NCBI GenBank assembly: GCA_012295275.1
Contig: CM022671.1
Location: forward strand, 9,486,001 to 9,550,000
Direction of reading: 5' to 3'
Source: Chrysomallon squamiferum
Lineage: Eukaryota; Animalia; Mollusca
DNA length: 64,000 bases
Shown: piece after piece, positions 13,988 to 26,749 of the stretch
Numbering within the stretch: the first letter of the stretch is position 1
Layout: each line of letters starts with the position of its first letter
The notes under the pieces: model-generated
The model's input: only the letters and a program-made list of their open reading frames with translations
Told to the model about the DNA's origin: nothing
Database searches by the model: none
Made by a program: the position numbers and the translations under genes

Positions 13988-15353
13988 TAAACATTTTACA
14001 TCTTTGATAGTCTGGGCAGGAAAAATGAATGACCAGCAGATACTGTAATGAGGTCATTGTTCCTGTAGGGCAGACAGACCATCAAAGATTTAAATGTTTT
14101 TTTGTTCTTGTTTTTCTAATTTTGACTAATAACACATTTTCCTACTCTGTGATGGTCTGAGCAGGAGCAGTGAATGATCAGAAACTGTTCTGGGATGAAA
14201 TCACTGTTCCTGTGGAGCACACAGGTCATCACAGAGACTTGTCCTCATCACTTTTTCTTTCAACATACTAATTTAACATAATTTACTAATACTACTAACA
14301 TTCAGCACATCCCCAGTCGGCACATACTACTAAAAACATGATGTTTGTCCCCAATAGGCAGGTTGGTGGAAATGGTTGCGGCTCTAGAATGGATGCACCA
14401 ATGATTTCAGGTAACGGTTGCAGGATGAATGCACTTTTGTCAGGGTTCCATGGGTGAAGTGGGCATCCTCAGGGCTGGTGGTGGCTTGTGAGGTCGCTCC
14501 TTTGGTGACAGGGATTTTCTGGGTGACGATGCTGCTGATGGGACATCTGTCCATCTGGTGGGTCACTCCTGTCCAGTGTTCTTGAACTGGGAATGTTATA
14601 CATGGGGAATATCTCATCATGGATGGTCAACAGATGCTGGGAGTGTCGTCAAGTTGCACTGTTGAATTTCAGTGATAAACGTTGAACACACACAAACACA
14701 CAGACACTCACAAACTCACTCACACACATACACACATACTTACATACATATACAGACAGAAAGAAAAAGAAAAGAAACAGAAGAAAAAAAAGAAAAAACA
14801 TATCATGCACTACCTCTGTTTGTTACAGTGATTAAACTGGAAATAGATTTTGGTGCAGTCGATAATATTGTTTATGGTTTAATTTGTTAATAATATTTAT
14901 TTTTATTTTTATAAGCTTTAATATATTAAGGGGAAAACATATACAATGTACATGTGACCATTTGGACAAGAAAAATTACTTAAAACATTTCTTCTGGGTA
15001 AAACAGTGTGAGTATACACATTATATTTTAATTTGAATTTTATCATCATTTGTTTCTTTATAACCAACTGTAGAAAGGTTATATTGAATATATATAGAAA
15101 GGTATATTCTACATAGTTTTTTTGAAATGATAAATAACATTAAAAATATTTATTTTTATTTTTTTATATATATATTTGGCAAATGACACAGGGCTAAATA
15201 TATTAATTATTACTTGGAAAAAGTTTGCCACATTTTACATTAGCGATCAGTTACATAATTTGTGTGTCTGTATGTGAATAAAATTAGAAGTGATTTATTT
15301 AAATTTTATTAATATTATTTTAATAGGTTTAGAACAGCATTTCTGCTTTTATA

Positions 15354-15403
<50 letters not shown>

Positions 15404-15519
15404 GGTTTTAGATTTGTTATTTTATATGATGATATTTGTTTATTTGTTATATAATTATTTATATAATTATTTATATCACATTTTTACATGGTTTTAAAAA
15501 ATGTATTTTATAAACAGTT

Positions 15520-15943
15520 AATATGTTCAGTGAGAACTGTGGCCAATCAGGCCAGTAGGTTATCTTATTTCCTTCTTTGTAATATCAATTTTATAAAGTA
15601 TCTTCATTGGATTTGCTTCATATTTTTTTTTATTGTATTTTATTTTTTTTTATAAATGTTATCTTTCTTCTTACTGATTTTCATATTCGACTATTTTAAT
15701 TCTGTTTCCTGGGAATTCAATAACGGCACCTCATTTGTATTCCCAGAAAACAGATTAAATTATTTAAGGATGTGTTACTGACAAATATTAGAAAAAAACA
15801 AACAAACTTGGTTGTCATTCTGTGAGCAATTCCAGTCAACTATGAATATGTTCAGTGAGAACTATGGCCAATCAGGCCAGTAGATTATCTTATTTCCTGC
15901 TTTCTAATATCAGTTTTATAAAGTATCTTCATTGGACTTGCTT

Positions 15944-15977
<34 letters not shown>

Positions 15978-16090
15978 TGGTATCTTTACATAAGGACTGA
16001 TTTTCATGTTCGACTATTTTAATTCTGTTTCCTGGGAATTCAATAACAGCACCTCAGTTGTATTCCGAGAAAACAGATTAAATTAGATTA
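15520..16090. repeat. ~325-bp tandem duplication; each copy ends in a hairpin
   Basis: aatatgttcagtgagaact..ggccaatcaggccagtag starts at ~15520 and ~15845. Hairpins at 15695-15760 and 16013-16086. Confidence 0.9.
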
Positions 16091-16204
16091 TTCGAGGCAT
16101 ACTTTATTATCTCTGTTGTTAGTTTCTTTATTTTTAAAATTAATAAATCACAACATCACTACTCTTCTGTATACCAAGATAATTCAACCATTACAGGCAG
16201 CCAT

Positions 16205-16249
<45 letters not shown>

Positions 16250-16580
16250 ATATATATATTAAAATTTAAATTGTTATCTGGAATTTCAGTTTAGCTTCCC
16301 AAAAGTATGCCAGAAAAAAATACAAACAAATCTGTATATATATAAATCTTCTCATGTATGTTGCTGGTATTTTTTTAATTAATTTATTTATTTACTTGTT
16401 CTTGTTTTTGTTGTTGTCACCAGTTGAATATTATTATTATTATTATTATTGTTATCATTATGATTATTATTTTATTTTGTATTATTATTACTATTATTTT
16501 ATTTTTATTATTATTATTATTTTATTATTATTATTATTACGATTATTATTATTATTCTTTTCTATCATTATTTTGTTATA

Positions 16581-17277
16581 TCTTGCTGTCCCAGGAATTC
16601 AGAATATCTTCTCTCTGCTATTTGCTGAAGGTTAATGGAAGTATTTCTCAATTCTGTCATACACAGGATATTCTTGCATATTTATATATCCATGTAAATT
16701 TAGCTTGCTGTCCTGGGAATTCAGAATAACTGCCCCATCCTGTCTGTCCAGAACTGAAAGTTAATGGAAATAACTAATTTCTGTTTGTTTTTGTTTTTGT
16801 TTTTTTGTTTTTTTTGGTTTGTTTTATATATTTGTATACCCTTCTTTTTTTGTCTCTTGCTGATATCTGAAAATTATTTTTATCGTGACTTGCTGTTCTG
16901 AGAATTCAGAATAATTGCCCCAAGCTGTTTGCCCAGAACTGAAGGTTAATGGAAGTATTTCTCAATTCTGTCATACACAGGATATTCTTGCATATTTATA
17001 TATCCATGTAAATTTCATAGAAACTTTCTATTCTTTAGCTTGCTGTCCTGGGAATTCAGAATAACTGCCCCATCCTGTCTGTCCAGAACTGAAAGTTAAT
17101 GGAAATAACTAATTTCTGTTTGTTTTTGTTTTTTTTTTTTTTTGGTTTGTTTTATATATTTGTATACCCTTCTTTTTTTGTCTCTTGCTGATATCTGAAA
17201 ATTATTTTTATTGTGACTTGCTGTTCTGGGAATTCAGAATAATTGCCCCAAGCTGTTTGCCCAGAACTGAAAGTTAT
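16581..17277. repeat. ~330-bp tandem duplication containing five related hairpin units
   Basis: cttgctgt(t/c)ctgggaattcagaataa...ccagaactgaa(a/g)gtt at ~16581 (degenerate), 16701, 16886, 17036 and 17213. Confidence 0.9.
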
Positions 17278-18108
17278 TGGGACAGAAATTACTCTGAGGA
17301 TGGTTCTTGAATTTTAGCATACTTCTATTCAATGCTTCATCTTAACATCTGAGACTTCTCAGTGACGCTTCATATACTCAGAACATATTATCTAGATAAA
17401 CCACTGTTCTGTCATATTGTAGATTGTTCTGGTATTACAGTATTCACTATTCATTCCATTTCAAATTATTTGCTCAAATTTCTTTATTTCATAGTGCAGT
17501 CTTACGTCTTCTTAAACCAAGATGTCCAAATAATAGTTTTGTTAGGTTACAGGTCAGTAAAATATTTTCAAGATAATACTTGGTAAACACCTTGTAATCT
17601 TGAAAAGTAAGATTCTTGGAAAAATTAACCAGAAAAATTGAACTCCTTGTGGGAAATGCTCAGTGTTTATAGTTATTTTTATTTATTTACTTTTTTATTT
17701 ATTTATTTAGTGTTTTGATATAGATAAATAATTATTTTATTTCTCTGGAAAATCCTTAATTTACAAAAATTCCAGTCCTAACAGTACAGCAGTTAACAAC
17801 ACATGTGTACATAAAAACAAATATACAAATTTCACAAAACAAATTAAAAATTATAATGAAAACTAAAAAAAAAACACTAAAGAATAAAAAATATCCTCTT
17901 TTAAAATTCCTATTAATTATTATTATTATTATTTATTCCATTAGGAAATTTCATTTATACCTTTTTTTTTCTTTTTTTTTAAATTTCTTTCGCCCATCCA
18001 TATACAGAATATCATTCTTGGGTGGGGAAATAGATGTTGCTACATATATGTTTTCATTCTGATATGTATTTGATTTGTGTATGTAATAGAAACCTTGTCT
18101 AGGCATTT

Positions 18109-18147
<39 letters not shown>

Positions 18148-18409
18148 TTTTTCAATTATTTATTTTCTTTTTAAAAATATTTGCTAAATATCATTATATC
18201 TTTTGATTTGATCAACTTAGTGATCTCACCTATTCTTGTTTCCTTGCAAAACTCATTTCTTTTAAATCAGGCCAAACTGAATTGCTTAAATCACTGCCAT
18301 TAACAACACCTGTCGTTATACACAGTCATGTATTCCGCTGTGGCCTGCCAACTTAACAAGAATGTCATCTTTTTCTAGTTAATCAGTACTGACAGTGGCA
18401 TTAGCATTG

Positions 18410-18845
18410 ATCAGAAAGTGTGACCATAAGAGGCATGTTCCCTTCACCGACACAACTCTCTACTGTCTGGTGACTATGACAAACACACTCCATCTCTTTA
18501 CTATCATAATTGCAGTATTTTGCATTGGATAGAAAGTGTGACTATGACAAACATACTTCAGCACTTTACTGTCAAAGTCACACTGTCAGGCGAAGGTCAG
18601 AAAGGGTGACTATGACACATCCAGTGCTTTACTGGCATAGTCACACTGTCAGGCGAAGGTCAGAAAGGGTGACTATGACACATCCAGTGCTTTACTGGCA
18701 TAGTCACACTGTCAGGCGAAGGTCAGAAAGGGTGACTATGACACATCCAGCACTTTACTGGCATAGTTGCACTTCCAGGTGAAGGTCAGAAAGGGTGACT
18801 ATGACAACCACATTTCAGGACTTTACTGTCACAGTCGCACTGTTA
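18410..18845. repeat. 63-bp tandem repeat, ~3.5 good copies plus degenerate flanks
   Basis: gtcacactgtcaggcgaaggtcagaaagggtgactatgacacatccagtgctttactggcata at 18577, 18640 and 18703. Confidence 0.92.
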
Positions 18846-19699
18846 GTAGGTAAGACTGTCAAGCATGCTCCCGTTTCTGTTAGTGTCACTGGCATTGGTC
18901 AGAATACATAGAGATGACAATTTATTATTTTTTAAAAATATTTTGATATATTGGCTATTATTTGATTGATATCTTATACCATATTTTTATGTGTTATTAT
19001 AAATCTATAAATTTCATTATTTTTATTGTTAGCATTTTGTTTTATTTCTTTACTCAAAATATATCTTTTAAATGCATATCTTTGTAAATAGTATATTTTT
19101 ATGTTAATCATTGCTGTACACATAAATTGTTTTATTTTGCTATAAGCTTCAGTGGTTATTTATTTATTTATTTATTATTATATTTTAAACAAATACATCT
19201 GTATTTTTAAATATATAATTTCTGTTGTAAAACAATCTTTCTGCTGTTATGCTGATATTTTTATAATTATCTTAATATTTTAAATTTGTTTTACTAATTT
19301 TAGTATTATTTTTATTGCTATTATTTATTTATTTATTTATTTACTTGAATTTGAGTAGATATTTGAATGTATTATTTTTAATATATGGCTATTTTTTTGT
19401 CATCTTGGAACCTGTATATCATTCTGTGTGGTGTTACCATAGTGAAACAATAGATATCTGAATAAAATATACAACTGAATTTGTAATTTGTTTGTTTTAC
19501 TTTATTTAATTATTTATTTAATTTACAGGATTTGTAATTCTAACATATGTTAATTCTGTTTAAGAAAATCATGAATTTTTTGATGAAAGAAAATAATTAG
19601 GAACATTTGTTTATAGTATTTGACAATAAAATATTAGCAAAAAATTTAAAATTTTATAGCAGTATGAATGAGAAGCATTACTTCAGAATTTTCAGTTTT

Positions 19700-20657
19700 A
19701 CATATATTTATAAAAACTGAAAGTATTAATACCCAAATTAATCTTGGGCACTGGGTATCATCCAAACTATATTTCAGTATCAATTCACAAACATCAATCA
19801 GATCTGAAAAACATACTATTAATATTTCATCTGAGAATGCTGAGGTATACAATATGCCCTTTGCCATAGAAGAATTGCAGGTTGCTCAACATAGAGCTTA
19901 TGATATGATACTTCAGCAGGCCCAGATGAAATACTTAAACGTTTACCCTGCATTTTATGTAAAATAAGGCCCTAAAAGACCCCAATGTTTTAGAAGTTAC
20001 TGGCAGTACTGAATGAAGAGTCAGACCAACTTTACCAACGCATCCTGACATGACAAGATATTTGACAACAAATATGTGAGGTTGATGAAAGGCTGAATGT
20101 CATTAAAACATTTGGTATTCACATCAGCAAATTTTAACTGCTTCCAGCATTGATTTTTCAGACATTTGGAAACATCTACACATTTTGTTCTTCCACCATG
20201 GTGTAAGCTACCTAGCATTGTTCTGGATCTTATGCATCTTAGAAAAGATGGCACATATCCTATTATTTATCATCAACTTTTCATAGAAGTAAAAGAAAGA
20301 TTCCGTGATTTTATCCCAGTTTATACGGATGGATTGCTGGATAGGAATTCTGTGGATTGTGCTCTGTTTTTCTGTAGGACATAAGGTTGTGTTATTCGGC
20401 ATCGGTTTTCACTGCTGAATTTCAGGCTATTCTCAAAGCCCTGGAAGAAATTAAACATTCCTTTGCATCCAAATGCATTATATTCACAAACTCACTTTCA
20501 TGTGATCCCGCTTTACAGCACATGCATTTGGAGCATCTCTTGATTGCGATAGTTACACGAAAGTGGGTCTTATTATCTAACCACCAATACAAATATTGAT
20601 TTTTTTGGGGTGGGGTACTCAGCCATGTTGGCATCGCTGTCAAAGAAAAGGCAGAAT
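19700..20657 (+). mobile_element. Decayed, internally deleted non-LTR retrotransposon (I-group type with RNase H)
   Basis: Pre-RT motif YNMPFAIEEL, then LPPW...LDLMHLRKDGTYPIIY, and RNase H motifs IPVYTDG, SVFTAEFQAILKAL, IIFTNSLS, SHVGIAVKEKAE across frameshifts. RT core is missing. Confidence 0.88.
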
Positions 20658-21001
20658 TTTAATTTATTGTTGTGTCTGTTGCCTAAAAAAAAGAAAAAAA
20701 AAAAAAAAAAACATAAATTTTATAAAAACAAAAGAAACTGATTAGTATCCGACTAAACTTTACTATATTAATAATAAAAAACAAAAACAAATATAAATAT
20801 AATAATTAAACAAAAAAATAACTAAATAAATAATACTTTTTTTGAGAAACACAAGAAAACGATTTGTGTGAAACTATTAGCATGCTAGTAATAAATAAAT
20901 AAATAAATAAATAAATAACACGGCTGCAGAGTATTAAATTCTTGAGACACAAAGTATTTTTGACATAACCAGGAAAGCCTCCGTAAATATATCACCTTCG
21001 G

Positions 21002-21048
<47 letters not shown>

Positions 21049-21099
21049 TAAAATAGGTAAAAAATAAAAAATAAAATAAAATAAAATAAATTTATAAGT

Positions 21100-21172
<73 letters not shown>

Positions 21173-21272
21173 GCAACTGGTGACCCTTCCTACTGCGCTT
21201 ATATTAAATTATTTAATAACGAATGTAGTGTACCAGATAGTACATGTGCTTTTAAAAATGCAGAAGTAATTG

Positions 21273-21310
<38 letters not shown>

Positions 21311-22093
21311 TTGTATTCCATCTTGTATTCGAAGAAAATTAAATCGGTGGCATAAACAATAGGTGGAGTTTTTACTATCAGTAATTTGGAATATATTTGC
21401 CCAAGTTTATCAGTCACAGGCCCATTGAACTACAGGAACGATAACTCGTAAAGACACAAATTGCGTCTGCTAAAACGATTTAGCATAAGATTTCTCAAAT
21501 TTAATGGGTACAAACTACGTCTGAATGTTCTTTTCTGGTGGGTTCCAGTTATAACATTAATCTGCTAGAACATTGTAATTTCAGTTTATTATGTTTTATA
21601 TTTAGTTTTTCTCAATTTAATTTTTATCTAAGCAATTACCGAGTTCAGAAATGAATTAATGAATTAATGAATTACTTAATGAATGATACTTTGTCCTAAA
21701 ATATAAATTCATCATCCTAATATTACATACCACTGAGTTGTATAAATTGAAAAAACATTTTTTTTTTTTTTTTTTTTTTTTCAGTTATCGGTTAGCTTCT
21801 TGTGCTCAGTATTAAATGGAAATGGACTTTGAATGTGATACTGCACAGACTGTCATGAATAAGTAATATAACATTATTTTTTAAAATTTGATTACCTTGA
21901 AGGGAAATGCAGTGTTTAACATCACTAAAAACTGAAGAAATTTTGTTTTTCATGAATTTCCAATTTTGTCAAAGTCATATTCATTGGTTATCTGCTTGGT
22001 TTTATTGTAAATAAATATGATAAAAAGATGTTTTTGTAATACCCGTGTATTGCCTTAGATAACATTCACTTTATTGAAAACATACTCCTGTTC

Positions 22094-22156
<63 letters not shown>

Positions 22157-23392
22157 TTCCACCATTTTGAACCTTTGTTGACATTCTGTGTACCGCAGAA
22201 AGCTCAGCTTTCACACAGTGCTGTGGTATACCAATTTTTTTTTTTAAATTGTCAGCTGTTTCAGTGAATTATCAGCTTGAAACGGAGGCCATGCTATCCA
22301 AAAAAACTCAGCCAAGATGATGTTGAACAAGCAACAGTGGTTCGTTAAAACAAGTCATGTGACTGTAACCCAATGCTTTTAATTTATTAATTTCTATTTT
22401 AATTTTATAATTATTTTTTAAAATGTAATTATGGGATTTAAATGAATAATAAACTTTTATTCCCCCTTCTTTCACTAGATATGCTGTTGCATGGAGAAGA
22501 TAGATATGCTGCAGACTGAAAAAAAATCATTTGAAAGGCATCAACAAAAAAAATATATTTAGAAAAGGAATCCAAAAAAGGAAATGTGGATGAAATGTTA
22601 AGAAGTTAAGAATCAGTGACAGATTTATGTATAGTCTGCGTAAGTGAACAAGTATTTTTTTCATTAGAGAGTAATTTATGCTGTATATGTTAGTAATGTT
22701 ATATTGTAATTATGATGCATAAGTTGTATTTCTTGTTTACTACTTTATGAGACTGCAGGATCACATGTCATTTTGGTTACATGCATATTTGGTGTCACCT
22801 TAATTCTGTTCATTAATATTACTGGTCTTGTATATTACTGTTTCTCCTGTTAAAAAGAAAAGAAAAAAAAAAAAGGAACAATCTTTGAAATGTAACACAA
22901 CCCAGAAAGAAAACAAGTTAAACTGTTTATTAATTTTCTGGTTTTAACTTTTTTAATTATATGTTTTATTTTATTTTATTTTATTTTTTGATAATATTTG
23001 GAAATATATGATTTAAGATCAGTTATAAATGGAAGATAAGACATTACCTCTAAGTTATGTAAAATAGAGAAGTAATAACGTGTAACTATACATATAACCT
23101 AATCGCAGATCAATACATAGAATGTTTTTTGTAACAAGTAAGAAGAAACAAAAATGGTTGCTTTACTGCTTGTTGTTTTCATATACCCCAACAATAAACA
23201 TATTCACACATATTTAATTGAGCATACACAGTTATCCATATATTATGTATTCACACACATGCTTATATATATATATAAATTTAATACATAACGAATGTGA
23301 AGATACTATATAATAGAGCTGATTTTTTTATTATTAAAGTTTCCATACTTTAATTTAATATTACTACATAATGAAATATATATATTTATATA

Positions 23393-24560
23393 TTGGGTTG
23401 AGGAATAAGTCATTGTGGTTAAATTAAATTTAATCATTACATAGATGAAAACTTGAGCTTAACTGATAACAAGATGTAATTTTATCAATAATGTATTCTC
23501 CTTTGTTATTTACAACTTCTTCCCAATGGTCAACAAGTTTTTTGATGCAACAGCAATAAAAAGCTCTAGGTTTTGAGTTAAAAAATTGGTCTAACCATGT
23601 TTTTAATTCCATGTCAGTATTGAAGAAAATCCCATGCAAACTGTTGTATAGCGATTGGAAAAGATGAAAGTCTGATGGAGCCAAGTCTGGATAATATGGA
23701 GAATTTGGCAGGACTTCCCAATTGAGAGTTTGGATTGCAGCTTTTGTCATATTGGTAGTGTGAGGTCAGGCATTATCATGTTGTAAAAGGATGCCATAAA
23801 GTCGATGAGGTCACTTTTCATGAATCACTTTGTTAAGTCAATACTTTTGTTGAACATAGAGGTCTGCATTGACTGCTTCGTTATTCATCAGAAGCTCATA
23901 GTGAATAATACCTTCATAATCCCACCATAAACACAACATTGTCTTTCGAGGATGAAACGCCTGCTTTACTCAAGTGTAGTTTGTTTTCTTGAGCTGAACT
24001 ATTCTTTTCGACGGTTCACATTGACATAAACACACCACTTTTCAACTCCAGTTATGAATGCGATAAAGAAATCTGTCTTTGTTTGAACCAGTAAACCTGT
24101 GATGAGCATGCAATCTGGCAGCAATATTAGAATGCAGTAATTTGTTGTTTTCACTTAAAGCATGTGGAACCATTGTGCTGAGTTTTTGAACTTTCCCCAT
24201 CGAATGAAGGTGATTCACATCAGTCTTCTGATCACACACCAAATGTTCAGCCAATTCTCTGGTTGATTGATGCAGATTTTCATGGAGAAGTTGATTCAAC
24301 TGATCTTCATCAAATGTAATGGGGTGACTAGAACATTCAGGTTGAAGTTACCATTTTTGAAATGTGAAAACCACCATTGTGCTGTCCTTTCTGTCATAGC
24401 ATCTTCTCCATACACAGAACAAATCTCACGAGCAGCTTTAGTGGCTATCGCATTCTTCCCATCACAATTCAGTGCAAATAGCAATATGCCATTTTAATAC
24501 CCTGAAATGGAACAAAATTTTAATCAATTATGAACAGCAATGATTTATTCCTCAACCCAA
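23393..24560 (-). mobile_element. Mariner (Tc1/mariner) DNA transposon, both ends present, inactivated transposase
   Basis: 23-bp TIRs ttgggttgaggaataa(g/a)tcattg at both ends, flanked by TA. Transposase fragments AAREICSVYGEDAMTERTAQWWFSHFKNG, VPHALSENN and SPYYPDLAPSDFHLF with stops and frameshifts. Confidence 0.96.
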
Positions 24561-26069
24561 TATATATAGTGATACTAAATAAATATACATATGTACCACA
24601 ATATCAGGTCAGAGTTTTTCACAAATAAGCCATTATTTCGACCAAATAGTAAACAATACATTTTCAATATATATTTATATCAGTAAGAATTTTTATTTTC
24701 ATCTAGCTTAACGATGAATTCAAATGATCACTTTCAAAACTGAATTTCTTGATGGTACTTTTCTAGTGATTTCTTTATTCTGATTCTCAGTGTTTATAAG
24801 TAGGTTTTTAATTTCTTCAACATTGTTCAGCCACGTTTAAAATATGTAACATGAAACATGAAACTTCATGGGCTAATTGCAGTATAACAGTATTTTTTCT
24901 GTGAGACCTTTTGTTGTTTGTTTTAATCTTTCTTAGGCTAGAGTTAATTGGCTAGAGTTAGTTGGCAGTCATTATTATTGCTATTTGTTTTTACTCCAAG
25001 TCTGGCCTATCCCTCTTTCTATGTGCTTTGTCAAGTCTTGATACAGATAATTTCATTGTGTATCATTTTGTTAAATCTGAAAATCCTTAACTTTACTTTG
25101 AGAATACTGATGCTAATTAATTATATTTTAATTAGTTCATTATGTGACATCATTCTGTTGTATCTGAATGCTGTAATGATACACTACTGTCAATTGTTTT
25201 CCTTTCTTGTATCAGGCTGAAGTTAATTGGTCTGTCCTTATTATTTCCAGTTCCAGCAATTCCCTCTTACTGAGGTAAAGGGTTCTTTTCTTGGTGGACA
25301 AGATTTTTATATAATCTAGACACACTCATACAAATACTTATTCTTAAAACTTATTCTGATATCACTATTAGATTTTCTGTGTTACCACAGTTATTTTGTT
25401 TCAGAGAGTTAAAACCATTATGAGAATTCAAAGGATAAAAAACACGCATCAGGGTATGAACTTCAGATATTTTTTTGCAACACAAAAGAAGGAAACACAG
25501 CTTATTTCAGTTTTATTAAAAATTACTGCAATTAAATTATTACATATTGTCAAGGGACCCACCGAATCAAACATCTGGAAAGTTTTTATACAGCATTTAT
25601 TTTTTGGATGTAGACAGGTGCTAACAGGTTACCTGTCAAGAGGTAAGTTGATTCGAACCCCCCTCAACACTGGCACATGCACAGGCATGGACAGTTTTTA
25701 TTGACATCATTTGCAATAATGATTGGGTGTTTGGTATAGCAGACTCACTGTATTCCATAAGGAATGAAAATGTTTCAACATTATCTGATTGCGGAAAACC
25801 TCAGGCATTAAGATGTACATGGTCAACGTATTCCAAATGAACCTATGAATACATTTATGAGGCCAAGGTTTTCTGAATACTTACAAACTCTTTGATAGAC
25901 CGGGGAAATGGTTGTAATTATGTCCTATAAAGATTTAGTTGAGCAGGAACTAGTAGAAAACGATGAATTAAAACACACACATGCACACACACTCACACAC
26001 GCGCACACACACATGCACACACACACACACACACACACATACACAGGGTTAATTCAAAGGACAGGGTAT

Positions 26070-26749
26070 TTAATAAACAACTTTTCTGTGCCAGTCATGC
26101 CAGCAATTTTGCTGTGGTACCCCAGTGCACAAGAAAGCTTTACAATACTTACACCAGTAAACTTTTTTTGACTTTTCTGAAGGTCCTTATATGCAGCACT
26201 ACGATTTTGTTTTCTGGCCCTGTTGTGCTTTTCCAGACACACTACACATCTATTGCAGGGGGGGGCTCTTTTCACCTCATGAGGTCCATAATCTTGGAGG
26301 CATTTGTCTGTACTGATGCACTTTCACCAGTAATAAATGGCAATAATTGCCTACAAGTTCTTGGCAGAGTTTTTCAACAAATGCATGGAATGTAAATATT
26401 ACTTCCCCTGTAGATTATGCAGCTTATGATGCCCCATGATTACTTCATAATAAGGTGACATGGCCATTTGTAATGATGTCAGTTCCGATGCAGCTTGGTA
26501 AGTTGGTCATTTTTATCAGTGCTGCCACACGGAGGCCGGTAAAGCGGTCCAGTGGGTATATATACTATGCGTTCAGACCAAAAAACCAGCATGGTGGGTT
26601 CAAAAAATGCTCGAAGCTTCTTGCCAGAAGTATGACTGAGTATATGAGCAGAAATGATTGGAAAACAGTCTCTGATTGGTCGAATAGTTGCTAGGTGTAA
26701 ACAAACTCACGGAGGCCAGAAAACCAGCCTGGCAGGTTCAAAGGGTTAA
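26070..26749 (-). mobile_element. piggyBac-like remnant: one terminus plus C-terminal cysteine-rich domain
   Basis: Minus strand begins TTAA-CCCTTTGAAC (26749-26736). Minus translation FHAFVEKLCQELVGNY...RCVVCLEKH...(frameshift)KVYWCKYCKAFLCTGVPQQNCWHDWH* matches the piggyBac C-terminal zinc ribbon. Catalytic core is deleted. Confidence 0.8.
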
